Shown: piece after piece, positions 41,066-49,416 of the stretch
How the letters are laid out: each line of letters begins with the position of its first letter
How positions within the stretch are numbered: position 1 is the first letter of the stretch
DNA from: Gammaproteobacteria bacterium
GTDB lineage: Bacteria > Pseudomonadota > Gammaproteobacteria > Pseudomonadales > Pseudohongiellaceae
Length of the DNA: 64,000 nt
Assembly (NCBI GenBank): GCA_028825335.1
Contig: JAPKAI010000004.1
Span: 1,614 to 65,613 of the forward strand
Direction: 5' to 3'
Translations under genes and position numbers: made by a program
Notes under the pieces: generated by a model
What the model was told of the DNA's origin: nothing
Databases searched by the model: none
The model's input: only the letters and a program-made list of their open reading frames with translations

Positions 41066-42304
41066 ATGGGTGATGTAATTGTGCTCGGCGGGGGAGCGGC
41101 AGGTTTAATGTGCGCACTGACAGCTGCCAAACGTGGCCGGCAGGTGCTGGTACTGGAAAAAGCCAACAAGATTGGCAAGAAGATCCTAATGTCTGGCGGC
41201 GGGCGCTGCAACTTTACCAACTACAGTATCGAGCCTGAAAACTTCCTATCCGCCAACCCACACTTCTGCAAATCTGCACTCAAGCGCTATACCCAGTGGG
41301 ACTTTATAAAGCTGGTTGAGCAACATGACATCGAATATGAAGAGCGCAAACACCAGCAACTGTTCTGTAAGGATTCGGCTAAGCAAGTTCTGGCAATGCT
41401 CCAGAACGAATGTGAGCAGGCTGGCGTGACAATTTGGAGCCATTGTGAAATCAAAAGCATCACTGCGCTGCATTCCCCGATTAATGCACAAGAAGATACA
41501 ACGGCAGATCGCTATCAGCTAGAGTTTGCGCGGGGCAAAAATGAACCGAAAGAAATCCATAGCCTCTCCTGCGAATCTCTCGTCGTTGCCACCGGTGCAC
41601 TGTCAATTCCAAGTCTGGGTGGCAGTGACATGGGCTATGAAATTGCCCGGCAATTTTCCCTAAAGCTTACCGAGCGCCGGGCAGGGCTGGTGCCTTTTAT
41701 GTTCAGCGATAACTTTAAAGCAGTCTGCGAACGCATTGCGGGATTATCAGCAGAAGTTGAAGTCAGCTGCAACGAACAAAAGTTCAGTGAAAGTCTGTTA
41801 TTTACCCATCGGGGAATCAGTGGACCCGCAATACTACAGATCTCCAGTTTCTGGCATCCCGGCGATTCGATATCACTCAATCTGTTACCCGGCATACTGG
41901 CAGATCAATGGCTATGTGAGATGAAACTTGAGAAAGGTAAAAGCCTTCTAAAAACGGTCTTACAGCAAAAGCTGAGCAAGGCACTGGTAGCAGAGTTACA
42001 GAAGCTATGGTGGCCTAAACAGGCAGAAACAAGCTTGGCTGAATTTGCCGACCAACAACTCAAGTCCATTGGCGAACAGCTCAATCAGTGGACATTAAAG
42101 CCATCAGCCACCGAAGGTTATCGCACCGCTGAAGTGACCTTGGGCGGCGTTGATACCGATGGCATCAGCTCCAAAACGATGGAGGCCATGCAACAACCGG
42201 GATTGTTCTTTATCGGCGAAGTGCTTGATGTCAGTGGTCACCTTGGCGGCTTCAATTTCCAGTGGGCCTGGTCCTCAGGTAATGCTGCTGGGTTATATGT
42301 ATGA
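41066..42304 (+). CDS. HI0933/YhiN (BaiN-like) FAD-dependent oxidoreductase
   Basis: 412 aa; GGGAAGLMCA dinucleotide motif, SGGGRCNFTN, and a C-terminal GEVLDVSGHLGGFNFQWAWSSG. Confidence 0.85.
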   Translation: MGDVIVLGGGAAGLMCALTAAKRGRQVLVLEKANKIGKKILMSGGGRCNFTNYSIEPENFLSANPHFCKSALKRYTQWDFIKLVEQHDIEYEERKHQQLFCKDSAKQVLAMLQNECEQAGVTIWSHCEIKSITALHSPINAQEDTTADRYQLEFARGKNEPKEIHSLSCESLVVATGALSIPSLGGSDMGYEIARQFSLKLTERRAGLVPFMFSDNFKAVCERIAGLSAEVEVSCNEQKFSESLLFTHRGISGPAILQISSFWHPGDSISLNLLPGILADQWLCEMKLEKGKSLLKTVLQQKLSKALVAELQKLWWPKQAETSLAEFADQQLKSIGEQLNQWTLKPSATEGYRTAEVTLGGVDTDGISSKTMEAMQQPGLFFIGEVLDVSGHLGGFNFQWAWSSGNAAGLYV

Positions 42305-42422
42305 CTGCTTCTGGCTGGAAGCGCCGCAATCAGGTACTTAGTAAAAGAGAGAGAGACGCTATTGGCGCCCTGCTCTTGATAATGATTCAATGTTATTAAT
42401 AAAAACGTGATGAGAACTCGAC

Positions 42423-42929
42423 ATGAAATATTACAAAACAGAATTGAAAATCATTAGCAAAGTTATAGGAATCGCCTTATTGCTATTCGCAAGTTTGGCT
42501 AGCAATGCCCAGCAATCACATCCAGAGTATGCCGCCGTGAAGCTGGTGATAGACAACTTCTTTGAAAGCATTAATACAGGCGATGGTGAGTTGCTAGCAA
42601 GCCTTGAAGTTGAAGGTGCGCAGATATTAAACATCAGAGAAAATACCGCTGGGGACTATGAGTTCGCAGCAAGAAGTTGGTTCGCCGCTGAGAATTTTGG
42701 CTCCGACACCCAACTTACCGAGCGCTATTGGGACGACGAGTTGCTTATATCGGATGTTCTCGCTGTATTCTGGGCACCCTATGATTTTCACATTAACGGC
42801 GAATTCTCCCATTGTGGAATCGATGTACTAAACCTGATACAAATTGAAGGCGAGTGGAAAATTGGCCATGCTATGTGGACTATTCAGCGGCCGAACTGCG
42901 AACCCTCACCGCTGGGTCCGTTGAACTGA
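42423..42929 (+). CDS. Exported NTF2-fold protein (putative lumazine-binding-like)
   Basis: Signal peptide, then AVKLVIDNFFESINTGDGELLA..., which is typical of SnoaL/NTF2-like small proteins. The assignment is tentative. Confidence 0.5.
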   Translation: MKYYKTELKIISKVIGIALLLFASLASNAQQSHPEYAAVKLVIDNFFESINTGDGELLASLEVEGAQILNIRENTAGDYEFAARSWFAAENFGSDTQLTERYWDDELLISDVLAVFWAPYDFHINGEFSHCGIDVLNLIQIEGEWKIGHAMWTIQRPNCEPSPLGPLN

Positions 42930-43023
42930 CAGGTGTACAAAGCAGGCCAAAATACCTATAGCCGTTGTGTATATCATTAACGCCTGTTTTTGGCGGAACT
43001 ATCCTATTTCCACAGCTACGGTA

Positions 43024-43052
43024 TTGACTCATAGTTAAGCTTCTACTATATT
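43024..43052 (+). promoter_or_regulatory. Sigma70-type promoter of the SRPBCC-arsR operon
   Basis: TTGACT (43024-29), 17 bp spacer, TATATT (43047-52), 25 nt before the ATG. Confidence 0.55.
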
Positions 43053-43064
43053 AGTTAAAACTAA
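43051..43064. promoter_or_regulatory. Palindromic operator candidate TTAGTT-AA-AACTAA
   Basis: Perfect 6+6 inverted repeat overlapping the -10/+1 region. This is a typical location for ArsR/SmtB autoregulation. Confidence 0.4.
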
Positions 43065-43076
43065 ATAGAGAGTAAT

Positions 43077-43718
43077 ATGAATTTCGATATTGAACATCAT
43101 TTTCGTGCAGTCCAAAGGTCTGTAAGCTCAGTCGCACGTGATGGGAAAGCCGCAAAGGCAGTTACTCTCGTTCGAAGCTACCCAACGGTAATTGCAGGTC
43201 TTTGGAGCGCGCTAACCAACAGTGAGCGAATACCGCGGTGGTTCTTGCCCGTTTCTGGCGATCTCAACTTAGGCGGTCGCTATCAATTCGAAGGCAATGC
43301 AGGTGGTGAAATCAAGGAATGTAAACCCCCTACCTATCTTTCTGTTACGTGGGAGTGGCAAGACGATATCAGCTGGCTGGAAGTTCGGCTTAGCGAGGCT
43401 GGAGAGAACAATACCCAGCTGACTCTTATCCATACTGCCTTGGTTTCAGAATTCTGGACCCAATTTGGCCCAGGCGCTACTGGCGTGGGCTGGGAGACGG
43501 GACTAATTGGGCTTGATCATCATTTAATAAATCCGAATGTGCCGATGATGGATAAAGGACAATTTTCGTCGTCGCCTGAGGGTAGAGCTTTCGTTGCACA
43601 AAGCAGCGAAGATTGGGGCAGAGCGTCTATTGCCTCAGGTACCGAGGCTAAAGAAGCGCTGGAAGCAGCCAAAAAAATAACCGCTTTCTTTACCGGCGAT
43701 AACTCAGAGACTTCTTGA
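43077..43718 (+). CDS. SRPBCC superfamily protein (AHSA1/START-like)
   Basis: 213 aa; ..LWSALTNSERIPRWF.. is typical of the Aha1-like SRPBCC family. Co-transcribed with an ArsR regulator, a common pairing. Confidence 0.7.
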   Translation: MNFDIEHHFRAVQRSVSSVARDGKAAKAVTLVRSYPTVIAGLWSALTNSERIPRWFLPVSGDLNLGGRYQFEGNAGGEIKECKPPTYLSVTWEWQDDISWLEVRLSEAGENNTQLTLIHTALVSEFWTQFGPGATGVGWETGLIGLDHHLINPNVPMMDKGQFSSSPEGRAFVAQSSEDWGRASIASGTEAKEALEAAKKITAFFTGDNSETS

Positions 43719-44053
43719 TGCATGCATTCGATGTTCTCGGTGATCCGGTACGAAGGCGCATTCTTGAACTCTTAGTTGAAGATGAGCAGGGATCAGGTGC
43801 CCTCGCAAACATCATTCAAAAAGAATTTTCCATTACTCAGGGTGCAGTATCCCAACATCTTAAAATCCTCCGCGATTCAAATTTTGCGAATTCAAGAAAG
43901 GACGGTGTTCGACGGATTTACTCAATTGAAGAGAAGGCTTTCCAAGAGACCCATCTTTGGCTAAATCGATTTCGGCAACTCTGGGAACCAAAGCTCGACG
44001 CCTTCGCGATGGAAATTGCGAAAGGAAAGAAACAGCGTAAACCTGAACAGTAG
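43718..44053 (+). CDS. ArsR/SmtB-family transcriptional regulator
   Basis: LGDPVRRRILELL ... ITQGAVSQHLKILRDSNF wHTH. The ATG overlaps the upstream TGA (TGATG). Confidence 0.85.
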   Translation: MHAFDVLGDPVRRRILELLVEDEQGSGALANIIQKEFSITQGAVSQHLKILRDSNFANSRKDGVRRIYSIEEKAFQETHLWLNRFRQLWEPKLDAFAMEIAKGKKQRKPEQ

Positions 44054-44142
44054 CCAGATCAAAGTCTGCCATAAAGTGTGCTATGGCAATCGATAAAATT
44101 ACGCTGAATCCTGTCTGAATTTAAATTCCTCGCCGGCTTTCT

Positions 44143-45162
44143 TCACTCTTCCGTAGCGACCGTGCCGGTTTCAGACAGAGGCGAGCCGTCGCCATTGAGT
44201 CCCATGGATTCATAGCGTCTCCAGCCTGCAAGAATACCAACCAATCCGTGATTACCCTCGTGACAGGCGTATTCATACAGTGGGTCACCCGCGCGGCGCA
44301 GCGGAAATTTTCCAGACCAGGTCTCGTCCCATGACTGAGAGTCTTCAACCGTAAAATCGTAGTCCAAAGTATCTGCATCTATTCTGCTGAAGCGTTCGGT
44401 TATCTGTGCCTGAGCAGACATGCCGGCGTAGTTATAGTCGTGATAGTAATTTTGAGTATGAACAACAAGGGTATCGCCTTCCCAGTGAGCGACAGAATCC
44501 CCTTCCCACTTAAGCTGTTTCGTGTGGTGTTCACTATCCAGTCTAATTATGCGCGCGGTGTGAACCATTTCGTTCAAGATTACAATATGGTCTTCCGTCT
44601 GCACGAGCTGAACATTGTTATTGTAGGCGCTGGGAATCATCGGTGGACCAGCATTGAATCCCACAAGGCAGCGGTCAACTGCGGTACGGCCTTCTGGACC
44701 TGCACTCTCGAACACCATTTGCCCATAGGCAGCACGGCGCTCTTGACCCTTAGCATTAACTGCCGGTCGCCTGCCAGTCGGCGGATCATAAATAAGTGAA
44801 GTTCGGCGATCGGCGATTGTCTGCACACCTCGCTCATACCAGAAATTATTATAGGAGATAACACCCGGTGGATATCCAGCCCCACCTACCGAGTCAATAA
44901 TTAGGTCTCGGTTCTGGCGGCGATTTTCGAACTCCTCCCACTCCTTGGCCTGTTCAGGGGTAAGCACCTCGAAGTCTTCCAGTTCTCGTGGACGATTCAG
45001 TGGTGTCAGCGTTCGAAACGTATAGGTGCCCTGCAGATCAGGCTGGCCATACTCGGTACGCGGGAAGCCATCATCTTGTGCCGAGATTAGGGGAGCAGCC
45101 ACAATGCTGGCTAGTGCTAGGATCAGTTTGGCATGAATTCTAATGTTCACTCGAATCTCCAA
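44143..45162 (-). CDS. Hypothetical exported protein
   Basis: 339 aa ORF. Signal peptide (..AKLILALASIVAAPLISAQDD). TTG at 45162 or GTG at 45150 as the start. Confidence 0.6.
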   Translation of the reverse strand: MEIRVNIRIHAKLILALASIVAAPLISAQDDGFPRTEYGQPDLQGTYTFRTLTPLNRPRELEDFEVLTPEQAKEWEEFENRRQNRDLIIDSVGGAGYPPGVISYNNFWYERGVQTIADRRTSLIYDPPTGRRPAVNAKGQERRAAYGQMVFESAGPEGRTAVDRCLVGFNAGPPMIPSAYNNNVQLVQTEDHIVILNEMVHTARIIRLDSEHHTKQLKWEGDSVAHWEGDTLVVHTQNYYHDYNYAGMSAQAQITERFSRIDADTLDYDFTVEDSQSWDETWSGKFPLRRAGDPLYEYACHEGNHGLVGILAGWRRYESMGLNGDGSPLSETGTVATEE

Positions 45163-45339
45163 TATTTGCTGTTTTTTTCATACCCGTAAATGGATCTATC
45201 ACCCAAAATTACGCCGGTTTTAATCATTATTCAAGAGGAAATAGCAGGCTCACACCACATATTCGGAACTAATTTGATTCTTTGTCCCTATTTGCTGATA
45301 CTGACAATGTTGCCTATACATCGACAGAGAGGATACGCA

Positions 45340-45843
45340 ATGAATAAACGAAAGCTCGCTGGGGTCTTGATCGCAGCGGTATTACTGACTGGGGTTCTCA
45401 GCTGGATGTTCACGGCGCCGTATCTGGGTAACGAGGGCCTTGCTCGCGCGCCCGGTGTGATAATTGGAGGAACACCAACTCCATCCTTGGATGACTTCAC
45501 GCCGCTCAATGAGCGCTTTCCCGGCCCCATACGCATGAAGCAAACCGGATTTCCGCCTTTTGTTACCTATCTGTCCTGGGTCGGCACACCCGATGGTGTT
45601 ATCACTGCCACCCACCCTGACGGAGCCTTCTGGGCTCAACAAGTGAGAGACCACGGTGGTGATGGATGGCTGCGGATTGGCGAAGCGACTTTCACGATGG
45701 AGGCCATCGAAATTTTCGGTGACGAGCGCATCGCCATGATGGGCCAATGGGCCGCCATGGCGGGAATAACTATAGATGATTCACTCTACGAGGGGGCAGA
45801 ACCTCTGCGTAACTGGGAGGTATTTTTCTGGAAGCCTCGGTAG
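45340..45843 (+). CDS. Hypothetical membrane-anchored protein
   Basis: ATG 45340 preceded by AGAGAGGA. Begins MNKRKLAGVLIAAVLLTGVLSWMF as a signal anchor. The upstream part of the track ORF was rejected. Confidence 0.5.
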   Translation: MNKRKLAGVLIAAVLLTGVLSWMFTAPYLGNEGLARAPGVIIGGTPTPSLDDFTPLNERFPGPIRMKQTGFPPFVTYLSWVGTPDGVITATHPDGAFWAQQVRDHGGDGWLRIGEATFTMEAIEIFGDERIAMMGQWAAMAGITIDDSLYEGAEPLRNWEVFFWKPR

Positions 45844-46345
45844 GAAAAGCGAATCTAAAAATGAGGCCAGAGTAAATTTCATCAAATTTTTCGGAGAATA
45901 TTCAGGGAGTTCGGATTTAAAATTTTTTACGTAATTGATATAATGGCGCCCAAGAGCGGAGTCGAATATATATTAAAATCAATAATTTAGAGTAAATAAT
46001 AATATTTACCTGCCATCTTACCTACCATAAAATGATTTCAGATTTACTTTTACCAGACCCCCCTGTTTCCTAGTAACAGTCCAGTCAGTCAGCCCACCCT
46101 CGGGGCGGCCTTTCCGCACCTCTTAATCATTGTTGTACCAGCCTCCATATACTAAAGTCGAATTTAAAAAATAATTAGATTTGAAATTTCGGAGGTGAGA
46201 TATAATTGCTGTAGATGTTGTTCAACTTGTTGCTGCTTTTGGTGTGATGTTTTCAATACTGACGGTCATTATTTAGAAAATACGTGCATAGCCAATGGAG
46301 GGGCGCTCTGGGTTTTGATTTACCAGATTTCGAAATTTTATCTAC

Positions 46346-47416
46346 TCAATCAGGCTTGGGTCCACTGAACTCATTTGCATAGATACTACCTTCGGTAGCG
46401 ATTACTAGACAAATTGAGTTATCAGGGATCGCGATATCCAACTTAGCGTTTGACAATATTGCAGCTAAGCCAGCAGCGCCTGATGGGGTGGTAGCGAGTT
46501 CATTCTGGGCCAAAAAATTCACGGCTGTAAGTGCATCGTCATCGCTCACGCAGACGAAATCATCAGCGAGCTCCTTGAGTATATTGAATGCAATAAGTGA
46601 GGGCTCCTTGCAGTCCAACCTGCCCATGGAAGAAATTGGACCACTGACTGTAGTGGTGCGTCTTAGCTTGTGGCTCTCAAAAAGACAAGGCGCGGCATCG
46701 GGCTCCACTACAATGATTTTAGGTTGTTTTTTCCAGTTTTTGCGAATCTCAAAAGCCATGCTCGCTGCCAGTCCGCCAACTCCAGCTTGAAGAAATACAT
46801 GCGTCGGCCAGCTGTCGTTAAGTAAAAATACTTGCCGCATTTCCTCAGCGATAACCGTATATCCTTCCATAACTAACATGGGTAGGTGGTAATACCCCGT
46901 CCAGGAGCTATCAGCGAGTAATATCTCTCCATTTGAATTATCATTCATGGCCACGAACATACTCTCCTCGTATGTTTCGCCGGAGCGAATCACCACCGCG
47001 CCTAACGCTGTAAGCCTCTGCGCGAAAGACGCTGGAACAGAGTCTGCAATGTGAACTCGAGAATTTGCATTGAATAGTTCAGCGCCTTTTGCCACGGCAA
47101 TTCCGTGATTGCCTGCGCTTGCACAAACGAAAGTGAACTTATTGCTCCAACCTCGAACTTCCAGATCAGTTAGTCGCCGAACTGGCAATTCACTACCATT
47201 CTCTTCTTGCCATTGCTCAAGCAGAAACTTGGCCACCGCATAAATTCCACCTAAGGCTTTAAAAGAGCCAAGTCCCATGCGGTTTGTTTCGTCTTTAATT
47301 AATAGTCGAATATTATTGAGCGCAGAGATTTCCACAATCGGAGTTTGCGCGTATGACGGGCAAACCTCTAACAGGTCAAGAGGGCATCGAACATTTAGAG
47401 ATAACTTATAATCCAT
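46346..47416 (-). CDS. PLP-dependent enzyme of the Trp-synthase-beta fold, diaminopropionate ammonia-lyase-like
   Basis: 356 aa; GLGSFKALGG PLP-lysine motif, GVGGLAAS Gly loop, and MGRLDCKEPS resembling the DAPAL MAGLACGEPN motif. No obvious RBS. Confidence 0.65.
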   Translation of the reverse strand: MDYKLSLNVRCPLDLLEVCPSYAQTPIVEISALNNIRLLIKDETNRMGLGSFKALGGIYAVAKFLLEQWQEENGSELPVRRLTDLEVRGWSNKFTFVCASAGNHGIAVAKGAELFNANSRVHIADSVPASFAQRLTALGAVVIRSGETYEESMFVAMNDNSNGEILLADSSWTGYYHLPMLVMEGYTVIAEEMRQVFLLNDSWPTHVFLQAGVGGLAASMAFEIRKNWKKQPKIIVVEPDAAPCLFESHKLRRTTTVSGPISSMGRLDCKEPSLIAFNILKELADDFVCVSDDDALTAVNFLAQNELATTPSGAAGLAAILSNAKLDIAIPDNSICLVIATEGSIYANEFSGPKPD

Positions 47417-47543
47417 AGAAAGCAGGATACTATGGTTTCATCCAGATCAGGAAATGGGAACAAGTTTGGCTTGAATACTCCTACCTCTAGCCTTACTATC
47501 CTCTTCCCGACTGATCCAGCAGATTTAGCAAGTAGAAGCAGCC

Positions 47544-48356
47544 ATGAGTACACACACACACAGCAAAAATATCACTCTCACCACGCTATTCAAAATCAAG
47601 AAGCGCGGCGAGAAATTCGCCTGCATGACTGCCTACGACGCTTGCTTCGCCGCGATCCTTGGCGATGCTGGAGTCGAAGTAATTCTTGTTGGTGATTCAT
47701 TAGGCATGGTGCTACAAGGTCATGACAGCACGCTTCCTGTAACGATGGACGACATGATCTATCACATGCAATGCGTCAAGCGTGGCAACAAAGGCGCTCT
47801 GCTGGTAGCCGATCTGCCCTTCATGAGCTATGCCTCCGAGACTCAAACCCTAGAGAATGCTGCCGCACTAATGCGCGCTGGTGCGCACATGGTGAAGCTC
47901 GAGGGAGGTGCATGGATCGAGAACACAACCAGATTATTGGCCGAGCGCGGCATTCCCGTCTGCGCGCACATGGGCCTAACACCTCAATCCGTCAATCGAA
48001 TCGGTGGCTTCCACGTTCAGGGGCGCGATACCGAACAGGCTGATGCCATAATCGCAGAAGCGAAACTCTTAGAAGACGCCGGTGCCAGTACCCTGCTGCT
48101 CGAGTGTGTGCCGCGTAGTTTAGGCAAGACAGTTACCGATTCATTAGACATTCCAGTAATCGGCATAGGGGCCGGACCTGACACAACAGGGCAAATTATG
48201 GTCTTGCATGACGTATTGGGCGTCTCTGTGATCTCACCTAAATTTGTGAAGAACTTCTTGCTCGATTCAAAGAATGGCATTCCCGGCGCCATCGAAGACT
48301 ATGTGCAAGCGGTGAAGTCTCAGTCGTTCCCTGCCGACGAGCATTGCTTTAACTAG
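47544..48356 (+). CDS. panB: 3-methyl-2-oxobutanoate hydroxymethyltransferase
   Basis: 270 aa; [13 protein letters not shown] and VKLEGG motifs. Confidence 0.95.
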   Translation: MSTHTHSKNITLTTLFKIKKRGEKFACMTAYDACFAAILGDAGVEVILVGDSLGMVLQGHDSTLPVTMDDMIYHMQCVKRGNKGALLVADLPFMSYASETQTLENAAALMRAGAHMVKLEGGAWIENTTRLLAERGIPVCAHMGLTPQSVNRIGGFHVQGRDTEQADAIIAEAKLLEDAGASTLLLECVPRSLGKTVTDSLDIPVIGIGAGPDTTGQIMVLHDVLGVSVISPKFVKNFLLDSKNGIPGAIEDYVQAVKSQSFPADEHCFN

Positions 48357-48388
48357 CCACTCTTAAGCTACTCTTAACAAGTACAGCT

Positions 48389-49240
48389 ATGCAAACCCAG
48401 AAAAAAATCAAGGACCTCCGACAAATCCTTAAGACTGCGCGGTCGCAGGGCAAATCTATTGCGCTTGTTCCGACTATGGGCAATCTACACGAGGGCCATC
48501 TGCAGCTAATACGACAAGCCAGAGATCGCTACGACTTCATCGTCTGTAGTATCTTCGTCAATCCTCTGCAGTTTGGAGAGAAAGAGGATCTAGGCGCCTA
48601 TCCGCGAACCCTCGAAGCAGATCGTGAAAGTCTACGCAGGGAGAAGTGTGATTGTCTGTTTCTCCCCTCTGTTCAAGAAATCTATGGCGACGGCCTAGAA
48701 CAGCAAACCTCGGTTAACGTGCCAGGTCTAACTGAAAACTTCTGCAGCACTAGCCGACCAGGACATTTCGAAGGCGTAGCCACTATCGTAACAAAACTAT
48801 TTAATATCGTTCAGCCAGACGCCTCCTTCTTCGGACTAAAAGACTACCAACAGTTTTTAGTCATTCGAAAACTCACGCAGGATCTCGCACTTGAAATTGC
48901 TATTCACGGCATAGAGACGCATCGCGAGGAGAGCGGCCTCGCCATGAGTTCTCGCAACAATTATTTAAGTAAGCAGAACAAAGAAAAAGCAGCAAGTTTA
49001 TATAAATGCCTGCGCAGTTGTGCCGAGGCTATTCAGCAAGGCAATACCGATTTCCAGCAACTCGAGAAAAAGGCTAGAACAGAACTTAAGAAGGCTTCTT
49101 TAGAGCCTGACTACTTCCAGATTTGCGATGCCGAGTCACTACAACCCCCCTCCACAGATACACAGCATATCGCGATTCTTGGCGCCGTCTTCGTTGGCAA
49201 AAGCCGTCTGATCGACAACATCCGCTTTCAACTCAGCTAG
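48389..49240 (+). CDS. panC: Pantoate-beta-alanine ligase
   Basis: 283 aa; VPTMGNLHEGHLQL HIGH-type motif. Confidence 0.95.
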   Translation: MQTQKKIKDLRQILKTARSQGKSIALVPTMGNLHEGHLQLIRQARDRYDFIVCSIFVNPLQFGEKEDLGAYPRTLEADRESLRREKCDCLFLPSVQEIYGDGLEQQTSVNVPGLTENFCSTSRPGHFEGVATIVTKLFNIVQPDASFFGLKDYQQFLVIRKLTQDLALEIAIHGIETHREESGLAMSSRNNYLSKQNKEKAASLYKCLRSCAEAIQQGNTDFQQLEKKARTELKKASLEPDYFQICDAESLQPPSTDTQHIAILGAVFVGKSRLIDNIRFQLS

Positions 49241-49416
49241 ACCCTCGAAATCAAGCTCTTTATCTCCTCGAACCGCGCGAATAAAGGGCTGCAGCAGTTT
49301 ACCAGTTGCCCGTGAAGTTGCTTTAAGGCATACTAATTGACCAATATTTTGCAGGCCTTAGCGCCATACTCAACAGCGTTAGCACAGCTACCCATTAGCA
49401 GATAAGGAAATGCCTC

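Noticed and set aside
46215-46247. MLFNLLLLLV as a leucine-type attenuator leader peptide
   Set aside because: No biosynthetic gene lies downstream on that strand, only the 3' end of a convergent gene. The nearest SD is 20 nt away.
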